Below, piece after piece: positions 23,631-36,559 of a stretch of 62,000 nt of DNA (within the stretch, counting starts at the first letter, position 1; each line of letters begins with the position of its first letter). The stretch is from Octopus vulgaris. Its lineage: Eukaryota. The stretch is taken from positions 189,802,001 to 189,864,000 of the forward strand of contig OX597815.1 in NCBI GenBank assembly GCA_951406725.2. The letters run 5' to 3'. The notes beneath the pieces are model-generated. The model did not search any database and was not told where the DNA came from. It saw only the letters and a list, made by a program, of their open reading frames with translations. The translations under genes and the position numbers were made by a program.

Positions 23631-25745
23631 GAGAAACCCAATATTTTAACCATTAGTATTATGCATCATCAATCATCTGCTTATCCTGTTTGTATTATCT
23701 GTATTTTATTGTTCATTTAATTTATCTTTGCATTTTGATATGTGCATTTATTACATAATCAAGCCTCTCTTTTTATGAGGAATTCTATCTTGTGTGGGTG
23801 TATTATCTATTAGCATTTTTCTGTCTAGTTTTGTTTACGATGTGCAGTATTGTAATTTCTCCTTATTGTTTATGCATAAGGGAGTGCTGTGCTCACATGG
23901 TTAATGTAACAGTTAGACTCATCAAGTTTACAACTTATAGATTTACAGGTGAATCTATAAATTATGAATGATGACATGTAATTATAAAGGCCAAAATATA
24001 TGCTTGATACTGTGGGATTCTGTCAAGTTCAGGCAGTAAAGCCTGCATAAATAAAAGTCACCCATTATGTATGTGACAGTTTATAAGCCAACAACACTTC
24101 ATATCCAGATGATGAGACAGAGACAGTTTGACAACATCAATAATAATGAATTCAAGAACTTCATCTTGGAACTAAGTGAACTGAGCGATCATATACAGAA
24201 ATACAAAAATATCTTCATAAGAATGATTAAATTGGAAATTCCGTTTTTGTTATGTCTAAAAGAAATATTGTTTCCCATATACAAAAATACACATGCACAC
24301 ACACACAAACATATATATACATACACACTTGCTATATTATATTGAATTATTTTATACTAATAGGAGTAATAGTAGCTTTATTATGAAGCATTAGAATTGA
24401 CTCAACTGTGAAACTGCACTTCCTGTCTAATTTTACTGCGGTATTAAGTTGATTTACCTCATGATGAAAACTAATCAATTGCCACATTAATTTCTACCGT
24501 AAGTAGTAGTAGTAGTAGTAGTAGTAATAAATTTTTAAGACTATAAAAATAATAGTGTTATTCAATAAAATAATAATTTTTAATTACTGTTTTGTAAAAG
24601 AAAAAGAAAATAGAAATTTGTTTTGAAAACTATTTTCTAGAATAGTAATTTGTTTGTGAGAATGTTTTGTAAAATATTTTGTATACGATATAGTTTGTAC
24701 AATTGTTTGTAATTAAATGACTGGAATAAATAGGAAAGTGTTTTTGTATCCGAAGTGATAGAATGAGGGCCCACCAACTGTGGAGTTAAAGGTTATTATT
24801 GCTCCGTTGGTCAGACATTTAACTCTGAATGGCCCTATAGAAACACTGAATATTGAACAAAGAGTTTCATTAGTTTTGCAGCCTAAGGTTTAAATTTTCC
24901 ATACAGACTGAAGTAAACAACAAGGAACTTCTCAAGTGCAATATATCTTGAAAATTCAATAGAAATTACAAGATCTTCAAAGGTCAGAATTGAAATCAGC
25001 TAGGGAGTTTGTTGCTAACAGTAAAAAAGTTGTAAATTCTAAAGAATATTAAATATACTTTATAATAATAGCTTGCTTATAGACCATGCAGTTTAGAAAT
25101 AAATATTTAATTCACAATAGGGGAAAAATTCATGATATTATAAAAATCAGAAGTAAAATATGAGCCAGAAGCCATCTATATTAAAACATTAGATAAAAAT
25201 GTAATATCAGCTGGTTTTTTTTATTTTTTTATCAACTTTACAAGTGAACTCTTTGAAAATTCAATTATAAAATATAGCTTTCTATGTATTAAATTCTGTG
25301 GTTACTGAGTTCATACGCTGAAGGATTTTTTAATACTAACTAGTGTAACCATTAGTTTAACATGAACTCTTAACAAAAAAAGTTTTATTTACACTTGTTT
25401 TACTTGAAAGTTCTCAAATTACACTATCTGCTACTGACTTGAAGAAAAAAGCATTCTCTATTATTGAAGAATTATAATAACTTCATGATGAAGTATAAAT
25501 TATCATGAATAGGAATTAATACACAATTCTAGATGCTGACAGAAGCCTACAGACTACCAGTTCCATTTTATCGAATTCTGAGAGCTGAAAAGCAGTTGGT
25601 TTTATTCAGTTACAAGACTGTGTTTTCTTCTTTTAAAAATGAAATGAATTTAGGCGATTATTTCAAACACCCTATATTGTTAGAAATTATATTGAAGTTA
25701 CAAAAGAAAACCCCTAAAAATTAGGGAAACTGAATTGCTAAATAT

Positions 25746-25799
<54 letters not shown>

Positions 25800-25803
<4 letters not shown>

Positions 25804-26011
25804 AACTCTTTTACTTGCTTCAGTCATTTGACTGTGGGCATGCTGGAGCACCACCTTTTAGTCGAGCAAATCGACCCCAGGACTTATTCTTTTGTAAGCC
25901 CAGTACTTATTCTATTGGTCTCTTTTGCCAAACTGCTAAGTTATGAGGACGTAAACACACCAGCATCAGTTGTCAAGCAATGTTGGGGAGGGGGACGAAT
26001 ACAGACACATT

Positions 26012-26052
<41 letters not shown>

Positions 26053-26222
26053 CATATATACGATGGGCTTCTTTCAGTTTCTGTCTACCAAATCCACTCA
26101 CAAGGCTTTGGTTGGCCTGAGGCTATAGTAGAAGACACTTGCCTAAGATACCACGCAGTGGGACTGAACCTGGAACCATGTGATTGGTAAGCAAGCAACT
26201 TACCACACAGTCACTTCTACGC
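25800..26222 (-). mobile_element. Full-length SINE-A
   Basis: All three SINE-A blocks present in order. Confidence 0.9.
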
Positions 26223-26952
26223 CTACAGTATTTCATTGAACTCAGAACATTGGCAGTTTGGAACAAGATACAACTCGGTATTTATTTCATCTCTCACCTG
26301 TTTGAATCCTACTTTTCATAATTTGTATTAATTGTGTAGGCTGGTATGAAATTTTAAAACTTAATACTGATATCTAACCACAGGAGTGACACTTAGAATA
26401 TCTTGAATATATCTGAAATGAACTGAAATATACAGATGTGTTTCATTAAAAATAGGTCCTAAATGATTAATGGTATTTAGGAAACTAAATTTATTTTAAC
26501 TCAGAAAGCACAAAGCTGGAAGATATTGCAAAGCATTTCATCCAATGCTCTGAGAATTATACTGATCCTTTACTCTGTTTTTTTTTTTGTTTTTGTTTTT
26601 TGGGTTTTTTTTTGTCATTCTTCCCAGGACAGCTTTGTCTTTTGTCCTTTTGAGGTACCCAAAGAGATGAATAGTAAAACTGACTTTGGCAATATTTGAA
26701 CTTAGAGAGATAGGACAAATACCACAAGGCATTCCATGCAACACTCGAACAGACCATGGTACATAGTGCAGCTACTGGCTTTGCCATCTCCTGTCAAACT
26801 GTCCAACCCATGCCATCAGAGAAAACAGATGTTAACTGATGATGTGGATGACATTAATTACTACACCTGTCCACCAAGGACAGGTGTAGTAATTAATCAT
26901 AGTTATAGTGGAGATAATAATAGTTTATAATGGAGCAACTACTTTACAATTT

Positions 26953-27580
26953 TACTCACCGGTAAAATTTCCACTTATTTCTTATTTTTATTTTCCTAAA
27001 ATTTTCATTTCATCTTGCAACCTTTTCAATATTGAAAAGGTTGCAAGAGGCAATGAAAATTCTAAGAAAATAAAAATAAGAAATAAGTGGAAATTTTACC
27101 GGTGAGTGTGTTATATTATAAGGCACAAAAAGAAAATTACTCTCCCCAGACAACAGACTATGGTTTTTAAAATTTCAGATATGGCGCCTTCTTTCAAATG
27201 GATTTTTGAGTCTATACAAAACTTTATGATTCTTTATTAATTAGCTAAACAGCTTTTAATTCAAATTTGGTCTACATGGCATAAACTTTGTTTTCTTTTT
27301 CTTTCTTTTCCCTTTTTTTTTTCTTTTTTGAAGCACCAGAATGGCAACTGCAAATGGCAAACAACATTCGCAAGAGAGCAAATACTTGCTTGCAACAAAG
27401 TTAGAGAAGATTTTACTAATCAGAGACAACATTTTAATCCAATTTGTGAAAGGGGGGGAAATGTCTAGCAACGGGTAGTAGGCACAAAAAGAAAATGACT
27501 CTCCCCTGACACAACAGAATATGCTTCAACACACAAACTCATATAAAGAATCTTGCAAACTAAATCCAAAATCGAAATAT
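26953..27580 (+). mobile_element. Fold-back element F3 (U3-A8 hammerhead family), centre collapsed, arm tip duplicated around a ~320-bp insert
   Basis: Palindrome centred on ccttttcaat|attgaaaagg; ~42-bp arm tip at 27122-27162 and 27481-27523, followed by the family tail ..gcttcaacacacaaactcatataaagaatcttgcaaac. Confidence 0.75.
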
Positions 27581-27877
27581 AATACAAGAGCTGATCTAAA
27601 AGTATCAGGACTGGTGCTATAAAAAGAAAACTACAAAACATATCATTTTGGCATTTAATCTCCTTCGAAGTAGTCCCCTTCTGAAGCCATGCACATTATC
27701 CAGTGTTGCTCCCATTGGAGGAAGCATTCCTGGAACTCCTGTTTTGGGGATAATGAGCAACTGCATCCTCTTGGATTTCCTTAATGTCTTGAAATCTTTA
27801 TCCTTGCAAGAGAGATTTGATTTTTGAAAAGATTCTTGACCATAATAACCTTCAAGCCATGTCTCTTTCCTATTTCT

Positions 27878-28100
27878 TTACTACCCACAAGGGGCTAAAC
27901 ACAGAGAGAACAAACAAGGACAGACAAACGGATTAAGTTGATTATATCGACCCCAGTGCGTAACTGGTACTTATTCAATCGACCCCGAAAGAATGAAAGG
28001 CAAAGTCGACCTCGGCAGAATTTGAACTCAGAAGGTAGCGGCAGACGAAATACCACTAAGCATTTCGCCCGGTGTGCTAACGTTTCCACCAGCTCGACGC
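27878..28100 (-). mobile_element. SINE-B monomer (other copies ~22270-22400-, 30733-30965+, 45800-45930-, 54860-55030-, 58725-58920-)
   Basis: Reverse complement of gagctgg..gaaacgttagcac...gagttcaaattc.gccgaggtcgactttgcctttc...ccccttgtggg. Confidence 0.9.
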
Positions 28101-29261
28101 CTTCAAACCATGTGTCTTTCCATGTTCACATGCACACACACACACACACACACATATTTTCTCTGCCGTGGTCACTGATGGAACGTCTGTGGTTTGACCA
28201 CATTCTAAACACTTTACTTTGAAGCACTACTATAAACAATGGAAGTGAGCAGGAAGGTCATAACTTACTGTTCGTGCTCATCAGAGTTCAAGGTCAATCT
28301 GTGCCAAGTGGCTTTTCTCTGCATACTTTAGTTCCGTTACCTTGGCAACAGCCCCAATACTTTTTTGATCAGACCTCGTATTCTTAAATTCCATCACTAG
28401 AAATAAAATGCATTGCTGAGCAAGAAATATAACACTTAATAGCTAAGTCCACTTTTGGAAACTTATAAGGAGAAACAAATTATTGATTTTAGTCAGATAT
28501 ATTGCATAATTGATAGGCATTGTCATTATTTTGAAGTGGTACCTTAAAAGTACTCCATGGGGTACTGTAACCATAAGTATGTCATTAGTAGTATTGTCAG
28601 TGATTGCTAATTTCATAAGAATGTTTTATTTTCTTGGCTTCAGGCAATTTAAATGAACCAGAGAAATGTATAACGATTACTACACTTATATCAGGTTAGG
28701 CAACCGTGTATTTTCTTTGCGGTAGTACACCTGTTTCTGTCTTCATTCCTGATCATTCTCTCTCTCTGGCCAGGTAACCTTGAACTTCATCTACAGCAAG
28801 ACACCTGTATCTCTCTCATTATAACCGTTTCATCATCACCTCCTCCAATGCCTCCTCCCCTCTTAAAAGTTTTTGTCTTGCAGGTACTTGGTGACCCTGT
28901 CAGTATAGGTAACACATAAAAGCACCCTGTCCACTCTGCTGAGTGGTTAGTGTTAGGAAGGGCACCCAGCTGTAAAAACCTTGCCAAAACTGACCTCACC
29001 TGTGCTTGTGCCCCATAAAAAGCACCAAGTCCACTCTGCTGAGTGGTTGGTGTTCGGAAGGGCATCCAGCTGTAAAAATCCTGCCAAAACAGTCACAGAA
29101 GTCTGGTGCAGGCTTCAGTCTGGCTGGCTCTTGTGGTACTGTCCCACCCAAGCTAGCATGGAAACGGATGTTAAATGATGATGATGATGATGATAACCCA
29201 CCTTACCACAAAATCTTTGGCATCATACCTGCCTAACAATAGAAAAGTTATTCTTCACATA

Positions 29262-29475
29262 AGGCAGCAAGCTGGCCGAATCGTAAGCACGCTGGACAAA
29301 ATGCTTAGGTGTATTTCCCTCATCGTTACGTTCTGAGTTCAAATTCCACCGAGGTCGACTTTGCCTTTCATCTTTTCAGGGTCGATAAATTAAGTACCAG
29401 TTACGCACTGGGGTCGATGTAATCGACCATCCCCCTCTCCCAAATTTCAGGCCTAGTGCCAGTAGTAGAAAGGAT
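29262..29475 (+). mobile_element. SINE-B head with alternative tail B2 and ~14-bp TSD
   Basis: TSD attcttc(a/g)cataag on both sides; tail ccccctctcccaaatttcaggcctagtgcc..gtagaaaggatt. Confidence 0.85.
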
Positions 29476-30399
29476 TCTTCGCATAAGACACAGTGACATA
29501 ATAACAAACAATGCATGGAACTGGACTGCTCGTTAAATGTGGGAGAGGTTTGTTACTGCAGAATATGACTTTATCAATCCAACATTAAGGATCTCCAGAA
29601 ACATCGTTGCTTCCAAAAGGGGATTAAAAGTAATATTATAGCACAAGAACAAGCAAAGCAAAATAAACCAAATTCAGAATTTCATATATTAATTGCATTT
29701 TTCTGAATATTGGCAGAAACTTTAATATCAACATTAACTTATTTTGAAAAACCTTATATATATTGTTTCCTAATTGATTTTCTTGGAAGAAAATGTATGT
29801 AAGATTGGGATAAAAAGTTATTTTCAGTATTTGAAGGAATGGACTGTTGGCGATTAATGAGCCATTAAAAAACCATTAGCAAGACATTTCAAAAACCTGA
29901 TTTTGGTTTTATAGACAAATGCCTAGATAAGAGATAGTGAAGATTCTATATAATGTCTTGTCCAATCAATATTTTCTCCAATAACGATTTCATGCGAATG
30001 GAAAATAAAACAAATAAAAATGAAAGTTTGAAAGGAAAACAAATGCTAAAATAAAACAAGAAAAAAGAGAATGTTTCATTAGAGTCTTCCTTTGAGGAAT
30101 GTCTGCATAGGTAATATCACTCTTTCTGCTGAAATCTTTTGGTGCTTACTGATTGTGTTGAAATATTTTTTTACATTTATTTTTTTATATTATTTTATAT
30201 TATTTCATTTGTTTGTTTATTTATTCATTTTTTTCTTTTTTTAAAAATAGTCTTCTCTCAAATAGCTTCTAAAAGCCAAATTTTAAACTTTCGGTAGTTT
30301 TCACTTAAGGCAATATTTTATATATATACACACTTATTATGGAAACATATGCATGCATGTTTATATATACATGCATATATGTAGGTATATATCTGCATA

Positions 30400-30455
<56 letters not shown>

Positions 30456-30963
30456 TGCATATATATATATACTCATACATGTATATATATTTATATATAT
30501 AAATATATATTCATACATGTACTTATGTGCATGCATATATAAATATATATGTGTGTTTATATATATATATATGCTAGCATTGACCATGGACATTAAATAA
30601 TGATGATATACATATATATATGTATATATATGTATGTGTGTGTATGTATATATACATATATACATATATATATACATATATATATATAATACATATATAT
30701 ATATACACATATATACATATATATATATACATGAAGGCGGCGAGCTGGTAGAAACGTTAGCACGCCGGGCGAAATTCGTAGCCGTATTTCGTCTGTCGTT
30801 ACGTTCCGAGTTCAAATTCCGCCGAGGTCGACTTTGCCTTTCATCCTTTCGGGGTCGATAAATTAAGTACCAGTTACGCACTGGGGTCGATGTAGTCGAC
30901 TTAATCCCTTTGTCTGTCCTTGTTTGTCCCCTCTGTGTTTAGCCCCTTGTGGGTAGTAAAGAA

Positions 30964-31016
<53 letters not shown>

Positions 31017-31505
31017 CATACACACATATATATACATACATATACATATACATGTGCTTACTATACGTGTATGTATTTATGTATGTATATATCTATCTTT
31101 CTACTATCTATTAACTATCTATCTATCATATATATATATATATATATACATTATATTATATTATATGCATATACTCATGTGATTGTGAGGAGATGCAGAG
31201 GCATAGACATGTAAAAGTAACAAACTTCTGCGAGGAGCAAAACACAACAATTGCTGCATGCTCAATGTGGTTACAACTGTCATTGGTTTGGTGTGATGGC
31301 TGCTTGGTTAACAGCAAAAGTATACTATCAAGCATTTCAAGTGAACTTTTCAGGTTGTTTCAGTACAGCTCAGCACTGCTGGACGACTGAAAGTACTGTT
31401 AAAAGTACGGAAAATGTGGACATTTCTGGCTGACAACCAATAGAGGGAGTGTCCCCTAGGGTAAGCCATATAGAAGTATGTGCATGCAAAAACTCACACA
31501 TATAG

Positions 31506-31546
<41 letters not shown>

Positions 31547-31599
31547 GGTATTTTGTTCTGTACAGCATCCAGCTGTAAAAAAACCTTGTCAAAACTGAT

Positions 31600-31753
31600 C
31601 TTAGTAATCTATGCAGGTTAAATAAAAGCTAGTATGGTATATTAATTTTTATTTGGTTACAAAATATTAAGATTTGAAATCTTAATATTTTGTAACCAAA
31701 TAAAAAATTAATATACCATACTAGCTTTTATTTAACCTGCATAGATTACTAAG
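31600..31753. repeat. 154-bp near-perfect palindrome (76/77-bp arms, 1-nt spacer)
   Basis: Left arm 31600-31675, G at 31676, right arm 31677-31753; one single-base indel in an A/T run. Confidence 0.97.
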
Positions 31754-31769
31754 AAATTTCATTTTATAT

Positions 31770-32720
31770 ATAAATCTAAATATAATGAAATTAGAATTTT
31801 TTGCTACTCTCCTACATAGAATGGAAAAAAAATTCTATATATCTAGGGAAATTACTTAGTTCATCTTGATTACCTCCCTTCCACTACTGTTTAATATATC
31901 TTATTAACTCCTGGTATATTTACTAAGTTGATAAAATTCTTCTCCATAGTTAGTAAATATTATGTCTAACATATTCTTTTAATTCGACTCTTTAATAAAA
32001 TAAATCACCATTTAGTAACTAATTATGATTTTGATTTTGATTTTGATTTTTCCAGTTTCAGCTAATGAGCTGTGGCCATGCTGGGGCACCGCCATTTGGT
32101 TTGCTACACGGTTTTACCTCACGGATGCTTTTTAGCAAACGCCATCTGATGCATGAGAGAGTTCGATGCAGCTGCCCGCATCTGCACCTCCTGCCGTGAA
32201 GTTGGTTCATCCGGGACACCTGACAGGAAGAGATCCAGTCCTACTTTAAAGACATCTGCATCTACACCATGCAGGTCCCTCAGGTTATTCGGGAGGATAT
32301 TGAAGAGCCGTGGGCCTCTGAAGCCCAGGCTATCACAATATCTTGTCCTACATCTTGATGGCAAATTTGGAGTCCATTTGGAGTTATGATTCTATATTTA
32401 TAGAAATGGACATATATATATATCTATATAAATATGAAATAATTGCAAAAAATTCTATATATCAAGAGAAATTACTTGGTTCATCTTGATTACCTCCCTT
32501 CCATTACTTTTTAATATATCTTATAGACTCCTGATATATTTGCTAAATTATTAAAGTTTTTTCCACAGTTAGTAAATACTATGTCTAACATTTTCTTTTA
32601 ATTCAACTCATTAATAAGATAAATTACCATTTACTAGCTAATTATGATTATATATTAATAGAAATGGATATATATATATATTTATATAAATATGAATTGA
32701 TTTCTATATTTTCTATAATA
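31770..32720. repeat. Diverged ~260-bp tandem repeat (about 2.3 units) interrupted by a LINE fragment
   Basis: 31820-32030 matches 32441-32648 (~85% by eye); 32384-32445 matches 32642-32700. Confidence 0.85.
32031..32383 (-). mobile_element. 5'-truncated CR1-group LINE (ORF2 C-terminus, 3'UTR, (ATCAAA)n tail)
   Basis: ORF 32119-32364 ..GPRLFNILPNNLRDL..FKVGLDLFLSGVPDEP..RAAASNSL; TSD ttatgatt at 32023-32030 and 32384-32391. Clade assigned from memory of the motif. Confidence 0.85.
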
Positions 32721-33428
32721 TACTAATTTTTATTGAAATCCTTTAGAAGATTATCTAAAGGATATTTACTTAAATTTCTTAAGAGAGAATCTGGATGTCA
32801 AATAGTAAGATTTAGATTAAAACCTCTAGAGCACTAGTAGTCTATGTTCCCCCTACCCCTCTAACTTTAACCTACTAGCTTTTTGCTATAATACATTTAA
32901 ATATATCTAAACTGAATTCCTCAAAATGGGAATGGGTTTATGGTTTTGACATTTGTACTACCCCTTCCTGTATCTATAAATAGAAAAACTTCTTTGTCTC
33001 CATCCAACCAAAAATAAAATCCCTCCCCACTGACAGATCTAAATAACAAGGTGAACTCAATAATAAAATCTACAGTCAGAGAGTGAATATGCTACTATCA
33101 TGTTCTTAAGAATGAAATCAACCTCTCTGTTTATATATCTACCCTCTTTATAATGTTGGCAAATGAAATATGGATAAGAATGAGCATTGTCCGTTTGATT
33201 AGGAAATTCTATAATGGCTGAAGATTGCTCGACATTTTAAAACTGATGTAATACTTACAGTGTTTAATAAAATGAAGTAACATGAAACAATTGTACTACT
33301 CTACCTTGGATATACTTGTTGCTTATTTTGATTATAATCACCCCATTTGATTTATATGGATAATACCATACAAAATTCTGGTGCCTTTGACTTAAGTACC
33401 ATATTCATCTGAATCTAATTTTGCAGAA

Positions 33429-33490
<62 letters not shown>

Positions 33491-34221
33491 CATGTGTGTG
33501 TATATGTTTGTGTGTCTGTGTTTGTCCCTCCAACACCGCTTGACAACCGATGCTGGTGTGTTTACGTCCCTGTAAGCTAGCAGTTTGGCAAAAGAGACTG
33601 ATAGAATAAGTACTAGGCTTCCAAAGAATAAGTCCTGGGGTCGATTTGCTTGACTAAAGGCAGTGCTCCAGCATGGCCACAGTCAAATGACTGAAACAAG
33701 TAAAAGAGTAAAAAGAGAGAATATATATATATATATATATTATATTCACTGTACCATGCTACAAGTAAAATGAAGGGAAAACATTTGATCAGTTTATCCT
33801 GTAACTTTATTATCTCGTTTTACGTTGTATAATGTAGAGTGTTGGCACTTCTCCTTGTCATAAAGTGCATGGTTAAACTAGAAGTAAGTGTTGTACTTGT
33901 ATGCTATATTCGGTATGGTTTTATGCTATATTTTGCCAGTCATCCCTTCCAGTGTGTCCTATACACTTTGTAAAGTATTTTATGAACAAACAAGGACATT
34001 ATAACGTTGAGAGAATCCTTAGTCTGGTGTCCTTAGGGGCATACCAACCTCTCTAGTACTGGTACCATAATTTTATATTGTGAGTAAAATGTGAAAACTA
34101 AGCATCCAATTTTGTTTTGATGCTCAGCTGTTTTGACCAATATGTGAAATTTAATTGTAAATTTCATACATCATTAGTTTCATGTATATCATGTTTGTGA
34201 CATGTGTATTATTAATTTGTC

Positions 34222-34345
34222 AAGAAAGTTCTTGCAGTTTTTAACCTTTAAATACAGCTCAAACAAACTTTATTAATCGAAATAAACATCATCAAAATCA
34301 ACACACTTTTGCCAACGCGAAACAAGTTTATTTATGCTAAGTTTA
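34222..34345 (-). pseudogene. Mariner 3'-end fragment
   Basis: Reverse complement reads ..INKLVSRWQKCVDFDDVYFD*; TIR-like ttgtcaagaaagttcttgcagtttt at the left. Confidence 0.7.
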
Positions 34346-34609
34346 TTTTGCTGCTGCCATTAAATTCAATCCTTTTTTTCCCACAGGTAACGTAAAATGG
34401 CTCTCATCGCTATTTTTTTTATTTTACCACTCACTATCAAAGCTATAAGATAAAGAACAAACAATGAACATCAATATGTTATTAAAGAAAATAAAGAATA
34501 AGAAACCCAGCAATGAGTGGACAAGTTGTATTAGGTTATTCATAACATGGTGGTAGAAGTTGCCAAAAATCATCAGTGAAAATCCGAAATGACCTTCGAC
34601 TCAACCTGG

Positions 34610-34842
<233 letters not shown>

Positions 34843-34843
<1 letters not shown>

Positions 34844-35191
34844 AGGCAGGGAGCAGGCAGAAACGTTAGCGCGCCGGACGAAATGCTTAGCGGTATTTCG
34901 GGGTCGATTAAATAAGTACTAGTTACACACTGGGGTCGATATAATCGACTTAATACGTTTGTCTGTCCTTGTTTGTCCCCTCTGTTTAGCCCCTTGTGGG
35001 TAGTAAAGAAATAGGTATTTCGTCTGTCATTACGTTCTGAGTTCAAATTCCGTCGAGGTCGACTTTGCCTTTCATCCTCTCGGGGTCGATAAATAAAGTA
35101 CCAGTTTCGCACTGGGTCGATGTAATCGACTTAATCCCTTTGTCTGTCCTTGTTTGTTCCTTCTATGTTTAGCCTCTTGTGGGTAGTAAAG

Positions 35192-35195
<4 letters not shown>
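34843..35195 (+). mobile_element. SINE-B dimer; first monomer internally deleted at ttcg microhomology
   Basis: ggtatttcg|gggtcgat junction; second monomer joined at gtaaagaaata|ggtatttcg. Confidence 0.9.
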
Positions 35196-35237
<42 letters not shown>

Positions 35238-35328
35238 ATGTGTGTGTAAATTCTAACTTGTCTTACCTCCTCCATCTCTCTCTCTCACTCACTGTGTATA
35301 CACGTGTCTGTATGCGCGTGAGTATAAA

Positions 35329-35373
<45 letters not shown>

Positions 35374-36132
35374 CATATATATATAGAGAGAGAGAGGTGG
35401 AGGAAGGACAGAGAGGACTTAACATAGGTCTGTAAAAGTTTAAAGAACAAACATTCAAAATTTAAATAACTGGCTCTCAAATATTAGAATCTTTCTACTG
35501 AATTAACAATATCATCACTGTGACGAAAATAGATATAATGGCAGAATATACATGTGTTCCAGACCTATCATTTAACTGATGCAGTTTATCTTAGCCAAAA
35601 TCAGTAAGAACTTGGAAGAACTAGAAGAATTAGAAGGTAAGTTGCATATTATGATCAAATTTAACGAAAATCTAATACCAGGTGATTTTAAAGAGTTAAT
35701 GAGGTGATGTTCAATTTTTCTACATGCTACCATTAGCCGGGAAATTGATTATATTCCAAATGCATAAGAAATTGAAGAAATTGAACAAATGTGCCATGTT
35801 ATGATGGTAATTTAACGAACATCAAATATCTATACGGATTTTGGATACTATGAACTATACTCTCAATGACAGCTCCCCACAACAATTTAATATTTCATCA
35901 TGAAACCTTTGAAACAATTTGATATTGTATTCATTTAACATCTGCCCTTTGCACGAAACCCTTTGTAATTCTTTAGATTCGACCAAATGTTTATGGTTTT
36001 CAGATAAAACGAACTGTTATAGCTGAAATGTACGAGATGCATTCAGAAAGTAGTGTCTGACTTTACTTTTTCCTGCCAAAATTAATGCCACATTGGCAAA
36101 ATCCTTTTATATGAGAGGTGACGCCACCCTTC

Positions 36133-36540
36133 TGCGGCGAGCTGGCAGAATCGTTAGCACGCTGGGCAAAACGCTTAGCGGTATTTCGCCTGCTGCTACG
36201 TTCTGAGTTCAAATTCCACCGAGGTCGACTTTGCCTTTCATCCTTTCGGGGTCGATAAATTAAGTACCTGTTACGCACTGGGGTCGATATAATCGACTTA
36301 ATCCGTTTGTCTGTCCTTGTTTGTTCCTTCTGTGTTTAGCCCCTTGTGGGTAGTAAAGAAATAGGTATTTCGCCTGCCGTTACGTTCTGAGTTCAAATTC
36401 CGCCGAGGTCGACTTTGCCTTTCATCCTTTCGGGGTCGATAAACTAAGTACCAGTTACGCACTGGGGTCGATGTAATCGACTTAATCCGTTTGTCTGTCC
36501 TTGTTTGTCCCCTCTATGTTTAACCCTTTGTGGGCAATAA
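36133..36540 (+). mobile_element. SINE-B dimer with the same inter-monomer junction as 34843-35195
   Basis: gtagtaaagaaata|ggtatttcgcctg. Confidence 0.9.
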
Positions 36541-36559
36541 CATAACATTTGCAGGCAGT

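Noticed and set aside
28797-28883. Open exon-like segment QDTCISLIITVSSSPPP..
   Set aside because: It adjoins, and appears to be part of, the family-C repeat 5' region.
35593-35638. Micro-exon candidate KISKNLEELEELE with GTAAGT donor
   Set aside because: It lies in a diverged local duplication that looks like TE debris, and has no supporting partner exon.
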